From positions 32,001-96,000 of IMG/VR virus record IMGVR_UViG_3300032328_000860: 64,000 nucleotides of DNA; one strand, 5' to 3'. The stretch comes from a virus. Its lineage: Duplodnaviria > Caudoviricetes. Positions within the stretch are counted from its first letter, which is position 1. Each line of letters starts with the position of its first letter. A program made the translations under genes and the position numbers. The notes under the pieces were generated by a model that did not search any database, was not told where the DNA came from, and saw only the letters and a list, made by a program, of their open reading frames with translations. Of the stretch, positions 53,401 through 60,650 are shown one piece after another.

Positions 53401-54553
53401 TTAAATCTCTTGGATCTAATTTACTAAGACCACTAGACAATAGCTCTACTGCCTTATAAGCTCCTACGAATTTGCCCTCGGCGTCTGTTAAGTCTACTCC
53501 GAATTGTTTAAGAGCATTGATTGTGCTTCCTCGTTGTACGCGAGTAAAAATAGTTCGTAAACCAGTGGCGATAGTTTCAGCGCTTTCACGAGTAGTAGCT
53601 CGTACACTAGTAAACACAGCAATAAATTCATTTAAAGCGTCCGTACCTTGACTGACACCATTACTTGCTGCGGCAAACACACCACCAGTACGCTGAATAG
53701 CAGTAATAATATCACTAGATTCTACAGCAAACTGAGCTGCTACTGAGTTAACTGAACCTAATGCTTTTTCCAAATCTCCTGCACTAATACCGAACTGTCT
53801 CATCAAAGCAATACTACCTTCTACCGTTTGATTCATATCGTCAAAAGATGGAGCTAAAGAACTAAGAGTTAAAGCCTTGAGTGCTTTTTCTGTATCTTTA
53901 GCAGTCAAACCGGCCTGTACTAAAGTAGAAGCTACTTCTGTTATATCTGATGACGCAACACCAAACTGGGTTGATAAACTAGTAATAGTATCAGCTAGAG
54001 TTTTTAGTCCTGCGGCAGATTGGCCTGTGACCTGTTGTAATTTTACAAATTGTTTGTCATATTCGATAAAAGCTTGTATGCCTGATGATATGGCATTAGT
54101 AACCCCAAAAATAACGCTAGTTACACCAGTAAATGCAGCAAATCTACGAATGGCTAAATAGGCCTGCTTACCGAACTCCTGCATTTCTGTAGTAGCACTA
54201 GATAAGCTATTACCACTTTGTGCTGCTGTATTATTAAGCTTATTAATACTAGCAACTGTAGCATTAATTTGTTGTGGTACATTTTTTATGTTTACGCTAT
54301 TAATAGCAGAACCAAATGATCTAATGGCTCTAGCAGCATTAGTAGCATTAGTGGTTGTGGACCCTAATGTTGTATTAAGATTTCGTAAAGCAGAATTAAG
54401 TGCTGATGTATTTCTTACGGCTGTTGGATCTAGACGAAACTGCACATTAGCATTAACCGTTCCAAGATCACGTCTAATGTCTGCCACAATTTTCTTAACA
54501 TTAGAGGGTCCTCTAAGATTAAGCTGTGCCGTTAAATTAAAAGCTTGTGCCAT
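41486..54553 (-). CDS. Tail tape measure protein (TP901-type core) with embedded cargo domains, 4355 aa
   Basis: N-terminal core 'ITSLSTQFGVASSDITEVASTLVQAG...RESAETIATGLRTIFTR...LKQFGV'; long Ala/Gln/Lys-rich helices; hydrophobic segments ~48820-49070; position after tube and chaperone genes. Confidence 0.9.
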   Translation of the reverse strand: MAQAFNLTAQLNLRGPSNVKKIVADIRRDLGTVNANVQFRLDPTAVRNTSALNSALRNLNTTLGSTTTNATNAARAIRSFGSAINSVNIKNVPQQINATVASINKLNNTAAQSGNSLSSATTEMQEFGKQAYLAIRRFAAFTGVTSVIFGVTNAISSGIQAFIEYDKQFVKLQQVTGQSAAGLKTLADTITSLSTQFGVASSDITEVASTLVQAGLTAKDTEKALKALTLSSLAPSFDDMNQTVEGSIALMRQFGISAGDLEKALGSVNSVAAQFAVESSDIITAIQRTGGVFAAASNGVSQGTDALNEFIAVFTSVRATTRESAETIATGLRTIFTRVQRGSTINALKQFGVDLTDAEGKFVGAYKAVELLSSGLSKLDPRDLKFSQIVEELGGFRQIGKVIPLIQQFTTAQEALKVAQRGQGSLALDAAKAQESLANKVTKVKEEFFALFREIGSSKGFQTMVRGALDLTSALIKVADSVKGIIPVLGVLAAFKGASALTQFAAGFIGAARPGKKSSGGIIRKFATGGLVPGSGEGDTVPAMLSAGEFVVRKQAVKAIGAANLHRMNRYAIGGSSKTTTKKKRAEWSPEPADIPSDLPTGRKKNFTHLHSALSINIPPALKALSKKKDQGNLSLLYTNMGLDLPANWNLNWNKSKKDNWGAFSDTLGKYIERNQVFKTLLDNKKKYRFHKRSNSPAYGVLNENWDNIRKKLGQKVKNQSGKFFDTDPEVGTILPRLLTQSVNETLGQKSSKAKQLLKGFNEISAYAAGNTRRAITGPMREVLSRSNRPRSKLQRKSIGGFPLVDDLPNALGSMLPVPGLKQGSPLYEIIKNRGGALDYDRTLQRTLGDKAYSSAKTESQKEAVLMKFFRDPSARLKDAKTARLTQFGKQLQELIKKGVISPRSLSIISKSKRVPGIAEHIHELFGIPVQNMVFTEGGSKTPALEAMRSKGPRINRVSKNLGGLIQRFGIGGTPKSLEEMLPSEILKEADRLGISGAFTTRDILKKRKALNPQESAIKKKLFADIMAARGIEAQQLEKNSALASNRSVAVVGLTGERTSSEIMTAGAKDDSGTSVRGVPVTLQTGALPSAVAKRVQALIRNRIERLVADVGTQIAKAAGTTGTRNRKDIRSISSKDIEDIAGAIFERGLGAANVNYDPSAIAIDFPSGLNPKIASLLGVEPGVMTDATNRATKSAATRKVTEGQFDRGRLEARARFGRSQFANGGAVDTLEKFYKGESLVGGAALSPENKKKMTSEQRKIAASQLKDLRSLRSAAPSQLYSAISRTAFDSMAEQTGFNKDPKNIATLIGKTFKSSNLLSTSKNFAKAKLFLDNAERGEDNWGAMLDISTKKNTKGVDVVQRLSGRKIDKTKQEIDPRTGKMKTYSMKPPESEEEFTLFPGSKFKIESARFNELFGNKNLRMSVQQFAFGGGVDGQANFEDMKKKILEKYPQINFRISKRKSTRGFGYNLMGGLKQEGDNVGNYSDFKQPSNLKDLEAAADDMANNLLYKYGPNIDPSLLKKLQKTKRLAAGGSVPALVSNGEAYIPPDIAKRIGSNTLYKMNRADTNGMTGFSNGGISIFKGPGSGTSDSIPANLPVGSFILREKATKALGLKSGGAVQRFASGGKPEKMAEAVASFDPVTKSAEEAITKLNAGFTKLFNELVKKAEDAIGGPLSTSQRESIAKKAQTNILKDSTSGMAPEQATEVLNRVKAMQASTGISTGPVAFATINKAETGDQKAANMVADAQEKQVAAIVKQIRSIDKNISISDAKAAAERRVADAWGGLYRRTKTAEQSSSLLSRAMDSTRAAMNKAQMAMAKLDQSGFSRGMRGVVGGNVGFYGSMAVGMLAGQGESFFGKKDTNINNASNVAGFEAGASTFATGIATASSLAVIPGVGPFIAAIVLGTTAIKAWVDGVKAATEAALEFALRESNRKAENSSEALGKALDNLSKDVNNVDLQNLVNTKLQENIKDNNEVFNNTFNTVRNQVIDRKKSERTWMEWAGESSVIAPMLGEGDTTFKPESVNSFSLTGKDYETMAKDLAPKYQEANRAAMVNVERALRSGVALSGQEGKDLATAPEYANERMAIVGSDREALEKILPLMAREEELRKSGNEAAANQKLRDREAIISERIRNNASIQAAKKSIELAKAMEEANRAGRQLALSFNQLYDTIGQSINRIQFESKARQQATASSVNALRGNASIEELDSKAINVLENPLAYKNDPKAFRSAADSAANMLGGKQGQMLRGAAIASVELPDKMTNAIAEKLKNNKNLELDGKSGAEAAADIAKETGIQEIKNLNLPPEVTSQLIKQLEANINSSQEQLNKDMQESGGDQQAALDKFIDSIRDTSKSLGEIGARAVAESVALLKERQRAFNQFIENVQEAAKAAKLAENYFKSADKIRYRGSMDLREAQTGVGESFDEAKARFDQEVGALTGGITDPTAIRQSIQNLEKQREQQQEDLKKANDAGDVDEAKKLTTNLTATNTALNNNREALDKLADSAELAQKALDEVKNIKGLQQGREDFVNKLLTSTPEEMENLNNAMVRLQRNLSGGLNNPDNQRDARKAFNETLRRTGSVREASKAGNTVLADQRKETLGLMQDPNFRAMLRLNMKNQQGMSDVDIDQRFRQQEATLMTQMARESGLSGNPMVQQAIAAKMDPNADPAMKRASEQFLQTVGLQAKATEEQGRLELANAQRLLTTATDDLNLSIKNLTDTINASMGLDVGAKGAPAGMVALNYGIPKPMAPMMVSKGALVDFSPRGSDTVPAMLTPGEYVINANATAKHLPLLEAINSNKYSKGEEVSYLADGGSVPKNPREAIRAENRKRFEQRKTMMAQRRSQVQSQKEARLPTVEEKQQRQLEAKNRADWASSMNNPNNAPYPGKGNVDAIRNQMSDFRGRAKAEIDRLIKEEKLSEAEALDRIIASENNKLYTPDLFSPEDNINVNFERHEREGRHTSPYGNKFERSWNTEHNRETARRMLDSNKDGKVDEFEELPNGILSGKDKLDEAWMVEDALGKKYDSTKGEWIGTYVGKDPLTQMTVTPGEATRAWMGGELEDFRKQKWPYLYQKPDIARQQELETKSEELKKRATESDSEYKTIIKKREDEVQSFIGDARSKAAARQKADEDARTRNNPRTGKPFRDAAEEAGYKAGQRRMEAIRQSAGKKPTETAKTTPSAPIPAVIDTKSSAIKATDPVAPTAKPATPTANASNQSVRDQYNSMIKEADAIESKGSRNPLVAASKAGAKRAAADRLLREQSASDNTGTGITPGVKPLQSEQPTASNAAAMAQVQASEAKISEQIKAQAKAQAQQVEKQKQQAAEEEQKRQGQWINSSNWLVSGLGYVGGVGEATGRAAYGAANVAAGVGAAAFGAAIGLGMDTVSGESERTKRLTEQTRVIQEKQAKAGVLGPKGTDQNAALAQAQKSDYKGESAAAAGASVGLQAMAQGGYSLVELGQALAGQGPIQSGEQTALQKGDAERVNIAREGFGETGAFVTEFGQTVGFAASQGAQMAAGAGLSTGTSVLGKAAKGFSMIDNALANPGSIVSGAAKVAGKVDDVVNAGRGARAINSIANPVGSVVSSVAKPIGNFLYDIGKQTGINSALDQAASFANNLDIPFRGRSARGAKGLDAFERSGTMPGGNLKGGLSRARVIMDPDRVSAASNNRTNFVKKQLDKMRQPGAANFSTGKPGEAWTVPPRTGQIDDYTISSQPLSAADAAVQKQVDDILAQNSRNKPKRQATPDVDNAQTKAKQDTEMRAKEKQAAEQKTKADPATLTVDRNAKKAGEGIKPNTSSVDAPAITRTRESLITQLSRKEATIYDIMGVKPGTAISLDDIKSFKGQGSKWLHSDLPINRDLDPGLQTKFNRMLELASDEKALESYNKGLKKGYSHTDLIDTWRGGNTFNVKELSRRRPDLAPSNKTKATIQQKPKTQAASKVTNVTSEALEKARREAEGLRFRDNVSSKEYTRYLQEWDELMDIGVPNDYRTYGGGSGATKNARSVSRKLEEVALSSHEARMASGNSPKISSGVGLSRSHSLYGTNEYINDYVPYTVRESKTFGVVEQKLAGDTNRKMFQVYGDDPSGRRRGTILYSIPLEEAQKLGLIDKLKQKKYTPFAKGGIVYANNGALISAQNQSTDTVPAMLTPGEFVVNRQATQQHMPILNAINSGYYNQGGIVQYLANGGLVSPPKYYAEGGMARGSASSGVSSSIGVDTNGIASAVAGLQKTVNDLMSTIPAMSEVAGSIGSAVGSFVEGGTQVAQNMADTSSRFQTVADNIRDTKVEYNVTGQVNTTVQGKLEAPIDSHQISSLNQFASQAANDRVTSAVSNMNRGVGQLGEGIFGPDISSVMRG

Positions 54554-54584
54554 AATATTTTATTTGTACCTATTAGCTATTTAT

Positions 54585-54630
54585 AAAAAAATACTCCCAG
54601 CATAGACAATACATCTATACTGGGAATATT
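54585..54630 (-). terminator. Rho-independent terminator-like hairpin upstream of the TMP gene
   Basis: 17-bp stem AATATTCCCAGTATAGA / TCTATGCTGGGAGTATT with 7-nt loop. Both non-Watson-Crick pairs are G:U on the minus-strand RNA, and a U-run follows. Confidence 0.8.
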
Positions 54631-54655
54631 GTTATATAATCCAACCAAGTAAAAG

Positions 54656-55558
54656 TTATTGAGAGACTGAGGGATTAGGCGAAGCAGAATCTTCTGCGAC
54701 CACTGGCTTATCTTCTGGCTCTGATTTACTTTCTTGTGGTTTAATATCATTGGTTTTGTCTTCTTCTAAGATAACTGGCTGTCCATTTTCATCTAAAAAG
54801 GGTTCTGGTTCAACAACATAATCGCCTTCGGCATTTACTCTGTTACCATACTTATCTACAAAATTTCCGTGCTCATCGATAAATCTTCCACTTTCATCTA
54901 TAAGCCGACCATCTACGTCAATTAATCTTCCCTTCTTATCTACGAATCGTAGTTTCTCATCAACAAATTTATATTTCTTTAAAAATCTGTTTTCTGGCAA
55001 ATTCGACTCATAGTCATTATCCAATCCATATAGCATGTTGGCCAAATTCTGAGCGCCCAATACAGCTACCGTATCAGATGACCTGTTTAGGTAGTCTTCC
55101 ATATTATTAAAATACGGCTGTTTAGTATCATTATACACCACACATACACTAACTAAATAATTAAATCTAGCATTATCAGCTTGCCCTTCTGCACTATGAT
55201 TATCTAAGCTGGTTCTAACACTGATTAGGTCTCGAATTTCATCTCTTATACTCTTCATTTTAACTGCAAGGTCTTTGGCTTCATTAAGACTAAAACCGCC
55301 CTTAGCGAGCCTTTTTTCGCCGTCTAATAGCTCTTTTTGCAGAGAAGTAAATCTGGCCTGTTTTTCATCATTCCATAATCCCTGATCCTGTAGAAGATCA
55401 TCTAGTTTGGCTCTAACTACACTTTTGCTTTTTACCGCGTCGGTAAAAGCCTGATTATAGATCTTTTGAGCTTCTCTTTGATCATTTAGTGATGGGGTCT
55501 TTACTAACAATTCTCTCTCTACATTATCAACGGTGGCCTTAAACGTTTTAGTTTTCAT
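54656..55558 (-). CDS. Putative tail assembly chaperone with C-terminal heptad 'hhDxxG' repeats
   Basis: Directly upstream of the TMP; 'LLVKTPSLNDQREA' chaperone-like start, coiled coil, repeats at 54815-54967. Confidence 0.5.
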   Translation of the reverse strand: MKTKTFKATVDNVERELLVKTPSLNDQREAQKIYNQAFTDAVKSKSVVRAKLDDLLQDQGLWNDEKQARFTSLQKELLDGEKRLAKGGFSLNEAKDLAVKMKSIRDEIRDLISVRTSLDNHSAEGQADNARFNYLVSVCVVYNDTKQPYFNNMEDYLNRSSDTVAVLGAQNLANMLYGLDNDYESNLPENRFLKKYKFVDEKLRFVDKKGRLIDVDGRLIDESGRFIDEHGNFVDKYGNRVNAEGDYVVEPEPFLDENGQPVILEEDKTNDIKPQESKSEPEDKPVVAEDSASPNPSVSQ

Positions 55559-55842
55559 TATTTCTCTCCTTGGTCCTTATTGTTAAACTTATAAGTATAC
55601 TTAGTTTTATATTGGTTAAATAATAGTTTAGATAACTCATCCAATGCTGATCTCATTTGTCTGTTGCCATTATTAAGTATAGAGTTACGAGTATATTCCC
55701 ATAGATCAATATATTCTTGTTGATCCGGACCTTCCTCTTCCCATAAATGACCAAAAGACTCTTCAAATCTGGCTAATGCCCCAATCATAGTTGTTTTAAA
55801 TTTGGTTTCTATTTCTGCTAGGAGCTGATTATTGTAATGCAT
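55558..55842 (-). CDS. Hypothetical helical protein (94 aa)
   Basis: TAATG-coupled to the downstream gene; lies in the tail operon. Confidence 0.65.
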   Translation of the reverse strand: MHYNNQLLAEIETKFKTTMIGALARFEESFGHLWEEEGPDQQEYIDLWEYTRNSILNNGNRQMRSALDELSKLLFNQYKTKYTYKFNNKDQGEK

Positions 55843-55879
55843 TATAATCCCATGCCTTTTCTATATAAAATATAATAGT

Positions 55880-56878
55880 TTATTTTTGTAAAGATTCATG
55901 TATATCTGGTAATTGACTATGTTTTAATTCTTTATGCTTATCTAAGCTACTAAATCTTTCCTTAATAGCGGCCATAGCTTCTCCAGAATTCATATCAATA
56001 ATTTCAGAAGCAGACTGAGCATTATCTGTAAATACGAATACTTCTTGAGCCTTGCCCAACTTAGGATTAGACTTTAGTAATTCTTCTTGCTGTTTGTTCT
56101 TTTCATTGGTTCTAGATTGTATAATCATCCACCCATCCAAAATATCATCGTCTGATATAACAGAATCTGTTGGTTTTTCTGGATGACTAAAAACACTATC
56201 ATACATGCTACTAAAACCAGCCAAAGATCTTTGTTCATCTGTCCATTCGGAAATAGGACCCTTAAAAATATCTGCCTTACTAATAGTCCAATAAGATCTC
56301 CATAAGTCTGATCTAGCCAATTGTCGATACAATAGCGGACTAATGACTTGTTGATTAATTTCTGATAATAATGAGCTAAATAATGTATAAGAATTATTAA
56401 TAGATTTAAATACTTTGCGTTTTTTATGATAGAGTGTGTTAGATATTATAAATTCATTTTTTACGCTCTCAGCATAACCCTCTAAAGTTTGTGCTTTATA
56501 TGTTTGTTGTGTCATATAAATGTTATTAACTCTGTCTCTAATGCCTGCTAGCTGATTTCTTATGCGTTTAGATTGATTACTATTATACCTATTCGTATAG
56601 AGAGAGGCCTTTAGGTCTTCTATATCCTTGTTGGATTTTTTAAGATAATTTGACATTTCCATATTCCATACTCCTAAAAATATCATATATCTTTCTAAAT
56701 TCTCTTCTCTAATCCATTCATTATATTTTTCATCATTAATAATACTATTATACAATATATTCGACTGATATTTGATATGATTAGATGGTTGTATTAGACA
56801 ATATTCTTTGCCAGAATATGAAAAAATCAACCGACCAGTTAATATTCTATATAGAGTATACTCAATTTCGTTGCTCAT
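55880..56878 (-). CDS. Hypothetical protein, possibly tail assembly chaperone
   Basis: 332-aa helical protein between the tube genes and the TMP; function inferred from synteny only. Confidence 0.45.
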   Translation of the reverse strand: MSNEIEYTLYRILTGRLIFSYSGKEYCLIQPSNHIKYQSNILYNSIINDEKYNEWIREENLERYMIFLGVWNMEMSNYLKKSNKDIEDLKASLYTNRYNSNQSKRIRNQLAGIRDRVNNIYMTQQTYKAQTLEGYAESVKNEFIISNTLYHKKRKVFKSINNSYTLFSSLLSEINQQVISPLLYRQLARSDLWRSYWTISKADIFKGPISEWTDEQRSLAGFSSMYDSVFSHPEKPTDSVISDDDILDGWMIIQSRTNEKNKQQEELLKSNPKLGKAQEVFVFTDNAQSASEIIDMNSGEAMAAIKERFSSLDKHKELKHSQLPDIHESLQK

Positions 56879-57038
56879 TAACTATTTGACTATCCTTAGA
56901 GGCTGATACTATCTTTGTTTTGAGTAAAGATATTTCATTGTCCTTGTCTTTAATTTGTTTTTGTAGAGATTCTATGTATTTTTGAGTATTATACATGTCG
57001 ACATACAGTCTTCCTACAACGCTAAATAATTCATCCAT
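56862..57038 (-). CDS. Small coiled-coil protein (58 aa), not in the ORF track
   Basis: Hand translation MDELFSVVGRLYVDMYNTQKYIESLQKQIKDKDNEISLLKTKIVSASKDSQIVNEQRN*; AGGA upstream; fills the gap and overlaps the next start. Confidence 0.7.
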   Translation of the reverse strand: MDELFSVVGRLYVDMYNTQKYIESLQKQIKDKDNEISLLKTKIVSASKDSQIVNEQRN

Positions 57039-57086
57039 ATTAGTCCTAATCCTAAGTTAAAGTCTTATGTCTTCTAATTAATCTAA

Positions 57087-58187
57087 TCACACTACTGACG
57101 TATTGACATATGAGCCCGTAGCATTGATGTAAAAGTCATTATAGTTTCTAAAGCTATAGGTTATGGTAGCATTGCCGCCCCCAGTATCTCCTCCTGTATA
57201 ATTAACAGAAGTTAATTGATTACCAGAGCCTAAATATAGGTTAAGAACACCATCGCCACTACCACATATGTTAATATTAATTGGTAGTTCTCTTAGATTA
57301 CTATAATTAACATTACAACCACTTTCTGCTAGAAAATCTTTTGCGGTTACTAAGTCTCCTACCGTACCCATAATTTCAAATTCTGATGTTACTTCTACTG
57401 GGAATGTCACATAACGAGTTCTAGGAGCAAACGATCCTAGTTCATTGATACTTTCTCGGCCCAGACTGGCACTAACCGTAATATTTTGGAAATATAAACC
57501 ACCACTAGCTTTAGGATATATACCTCCCACTCCAGTCGGTAAAATGGAGCCGTCTATGTTCACAAATTGTCTACGAGCTAATTTTTGGGCTGTTTTTGAT
57601 GCTTCTGTTTGGCTAAATGCTGTCATAGCAGCCATAGTACTATCATTTGTACTCCATTTTTTACTATTACCAACCAGAGTTAATTCTTCGGTGGCCGTAC
57701 CGTCTATTGGAAATGTAAAATTTAAATTAGAAACATACATTCTTTCACATAATACATAAGCATCTGTGGTGCCGTCTGTGGTGCTCTTTGTGTCATCATA
57801 AATGCCTAATCTAAAATCTACAACATTATTAGCTAATCCACCAAATCCTTTAGTTTGCTGTTCAGACGTAGAACTAAAATTACTAAGATTAGCACCAGCA
57901 ACACCAGAAACTCCTCCCATACACATTAGATATAGTGGTGCTCTACCGTCTACTAATTTACTAATAGTAACTTCTACATTAGGTAAATTCTCTGAAATAT
58001 TATATAGGTCAATAGCGCCTAATTGAAAAGCTTGTTCGGTGTCAAAATTGGTGGTCATACCAACACTTTGTACTCCTGGGGGCTGATACCAGTTAGCAAA
58101 GTATCCAATAGAACCATTACTAGCAGGAGTTCCTGGCTTAACTTGGACTACCTGTGATCCGTAAAAAATTCTGTTATTATTCGCCAT
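57087..58187 (-). CDS. Putative major tail tube protein, paralog 3
   Basis: Shares NRIFY, TTNF, VEVT, EELTLVG, ASLGRESINELG, EVTSEFE and YTGGDTGGGN with its two neighbours; lies between terminator-like and chaperone genes; CGGAG RBS. Confidence 0.65.
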   Translation of the reverse strand: MANNNRIFYGSQVVQVKPGTPASNGSIGYFANWYQPPGVQSVGMTTNFDTEQAFQLGAIDLYNISENLPNVEVTISKLVDGRAPLYLMCMGGVSGVAGANLSNFSSTSEQQTKGFGGLANNVVDFRLGIYDDTKSTTDGTTDAYVLCERMYVSNLNFTFPIDGTATEELTLVGNSKKWSTNDSTMAAMTAFSQTEASKTAQKLARRQFVNIDGSILPTGVGGIYPKASGGLYFQNITVSASLGRESINELGSFAPRTRYVTFPVEVTSEFEIMGTVGDLVTAKDFLAESGCNVNYSNLRELPININICGSGDGVLNLYLGSGNQLTSVNYTGGDTGGGNATITYSFRNYNDFYINATGSYVNTSVV

Positions 58188-58207
58188 GTAACTTCTCCGT
58201 TAATTAA

Positions 58208-59437
58208 TTAGGTAAATGTAGCTTGTGAAGATGTGCCGGTGGAACTAGTATCTGAGAATTCTGTAAAGTTTGCATATGAACCAATAGGTATAATGTTTAG
58301 CTTATTAAACGTTTGAAAGCTAAATGTAGTAGTAACATTACCACCACCAGTATCACCTCCGGTATAGTTTACAGAAGTCAACTTATTTTTCTTTCCAAGA
58401 TCAATCACTAATGAATCAGAATCAGTATTTCCGCAAACTTTAATAACAATTTCTTTATAATCTAGATTAGAAAAAGATGTTGTGCATCCAGTGGCTTCAT
58501 CGAAGCTATCGGCATTGACTAAATCTCCACTAACTGAAATAATCTCAAATTCGGACGTAACTTCGACTGGTAGTGCTGTATACTTATAGTATGGTCCAAA
58601 AAATCCTAATTCATTAATATTTTCTCTATTTAAACTAGCATTAATACTAATGGTCTGAATAATCGGTTTTCTCTCGGCAGCCGTGGCTCCCACCATAGGA
58701 AGTCCACCTTTGGTACCAGTTGGTAATACGCAAAAGGCGATACTTCCTGGAGCACTTAATTTGCCTTCAGAATCTCTAGCCGGCGCAGAGACTGTGCCTC
58801 CTGTGATAGCCACATACTGTCTACGAGCTAAGAAATTGGTGCCACTACCATAAGGAGTAGCATTATCATCTGTTAATAGGTCTGATGCCTGACCGGGAAC
58901 GTTGCCTCCCCTAAGCCATGTTTTATTTGTTCCTACAAGAGTTACTTCTTCTGTTGCATTTCCGTCTACAGTAAAGCTATATCCTATACTAGAGAGATAC
59001 ATCCCACTACACATTGTATGATATACAGCAACGCCTGTTGCATATGGTAGGGTGTCGGAGAATACAGCGAATCTTACATTAACCATACTATTAGCAGCTT
59101 CTATTAGATCTTTATTAACGGTTTTTAGATCAGAACCATCGGGAGTAGCTGTACAAATAGAGTAAAGAGGAGCAGTACCGTCTATAAGTTTAGATAATGT
59201 AACTTCAACTTCTGGAGCCGTTTCTGTTTGAGAATAGATCTTTAGCGTACCTAGTTGAGAAACTGGTTCTGTGTTAAAATTAGTGGTAATACCAGCACTT
59301 TGTAAACCTCTCGGCTGTACCCAAGAACCATATGTAATATAGTTGCTTGGCTGCCTATAGTCGTGCGCGTTTCCAGTTGTTACTGGTTGTAGATGAATGC
59401 CTTGAGATGCATAGAAAATTCTTTTGTTGTCTGACAT
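58208..59437 (-). CDS. Putative major tail tube protein, paralog 2
   Basis: Same conserved motif series; TGGAG RBS. Confidence 0.65.
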   Translation of the reverse strand: MSDNKRIFYASQGIHLQPVTTGNAHDYRQPSNYITYGSWVQPRGLQSAGITTNFNTEPVSQLGTLKIYSQTETAPEVEVTLSKLIDGTAPLYSICTATPDGSDLKTVNKDLIEAANSMVNVRFAVFSDTLPYATGVAVYHTMCSGMYLSSIGYSFTVDGNATEEVTLVGTNKTWLRGGNVPGQASDLLTDDNATPYGSGTNFLARRQYVAITGGTVSAPARDSEGKLSAPGSIAFCVLPTGTKGGLPMVGATAAERKPIIQTISINASLNRENINELGFFGPYYKYTALPVEVTSEFEIISVSGDLVNADSFDEATGCTTSFSNLDYKEIVIKVCGNTDSDSLVIDLGKKNKLTSVNYTGGDTGGGNVTTTFSFQTFNKLNIIPIGSYANFTEFSDTSSTGTSSQATFT

Positions 59438-59452
59438 TATTAATCTCCAGAA

Positions 59453-60646
59453 TTATTGATCTGTGTCGAAATAGTTATAGGATACTGCAGGTGCAACTGG
59501 GGCCGACTCAGGCTGGCTTTGCATACTTAAAGAGTTACTAGCAATCTTAAGACCATCTTTGTATGTTCCGCTAGCTTGAATAGTAAAATTATTGAAATTT
59601 CTAAAGCTATATGTTACCATAACATTTCCACCACCAGTATCTCCGCCTGTCTGATTGATAGATGTTAAAGTATTTTTATAACCAAGATCTAATGCCATGC
59701 TGTTAGATGCTGTAGTAGAATCTCCGTCGCAAATTACAATCCTGATAGGATGTTGCTTTAAATTACTCTTAGGCCCGTTACAAAATGATTGGTTAAGAAA
59801 ATCATTAGCATCCACACCATCGCCGTCTGTTGACATTACTTCAAATTCTGATGTTACTTCAATAGGAAAGCTAGTATAACGACAATATGGGGCAAAACGC
59901 CCTAATTGATTGATACTCTCTCTGCCTAAAGATGCACTAACAGTGATATTTTGAAAGTGAGGCATCTTGTCTCCACCTGGTTGTCTAATCCCACTTGGAC
60001 CAATTGGCAAAATCGAGCCAACAATATCCACATATTGTTTTCTTAGAATACCACTAGCTGTAGTAGGAGTAATAGCTCCTACCTTGATGCTGGGATTAAA
60101 AATATTTCCAACATTAAAAGATGAGTCTCCTAAGAAAGCGCCTGTGTTCCATATTTTATGATTACCAACAAGAGTAACTTCTTCTGTAGCATTACCTTCC
60201 ACTGGAATAGTATAATTAAAACTAGAAAGATACATACCACTACAAACAACATATTGAGACGCAGTACTAGAAATAAATTGATTAGCACTTTCATAAATAC
60301 CAAGTCTAAAATTTACTCTGTTGTTGGCTAAAGATACTAGCTGTGCATTTTCTGCTCCGTCAACACCATCTTTACCTCCCATACACATCAAATATAATGG
60401 GGCAGTAGTATCTATTACTCTATTAAGAGTAACTTCTACTTCGGGAATAGACTCAACATTGTCATATAATTCAATGGTGCCTAATTGAAACGCTGGCTCC
60501 AAAGCAAAATTTGTGGTCATTGATACACTTTGTAGACCTAAAGGCTGATACCATCCATTATAGATATCAGAAGATGAGGCTGGTGTTGCTGTTTGTGGTC
60601 TTACTTGTGCTGTTTGTGAGGCGTAATAAATTCTACTGTTAGGCAT
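59453..60646 (-). CDS. Putative major tail tube protein, paralog 1
   Basis: Same conserved motif series; GGGAG RBS and an upstream promoter-like element. Confidence 0.65.
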   Translation of the reverse strand: MPNSRIYYASQTAQVRPQTATPASSSDIYNGWYQPLGLQSVSMTTNFALEPAFQLGTIELYDNVESIPEVEVTLNRVIDTTAPLYLMCMGGKDGVDGAENAQLVSLANNRVNFRLGIYESANQFISSTASQYVVCSGMYLSSFNYTIPVEGNATEEVTLVGNHKIWNTGAFLGDSSFNVGNIFNPSIKVGAITPTTASGILRKQYVDIVGSILPIGPSGIRQPGGDKMPHFQNITVSASLGRESINQLGRFAPYCRYTSFPIEVTSEFEVMSTDGDGVDANDFLNQSFCNGPKSNLKQHPIRIVICDGDSTTASNSMALDLGYKNTLTSINQTGGDTGGGNVMVTYSFRNFNNFTIQASGTYKDGLKIASNSLSMQSQPESAPVAPAVSYNYFDTDQ

Positions 60647-60650
60647 ATTT

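Noticed and set aside
41486-54553. Inteins as the explanation for the TMP insertions
   Set aside because: No C/S...HN-[CST] splice junctions or LAGLIDADG motifs seen at the cassette boundaries.
54656-56878. Programmed -1 frameshift of lambda G/GT type in the chaperone genes
   Set aside because: No convincing slippery heptamer seen at the gene ends; the genes have their own starts (TAATG coupling, RBS).
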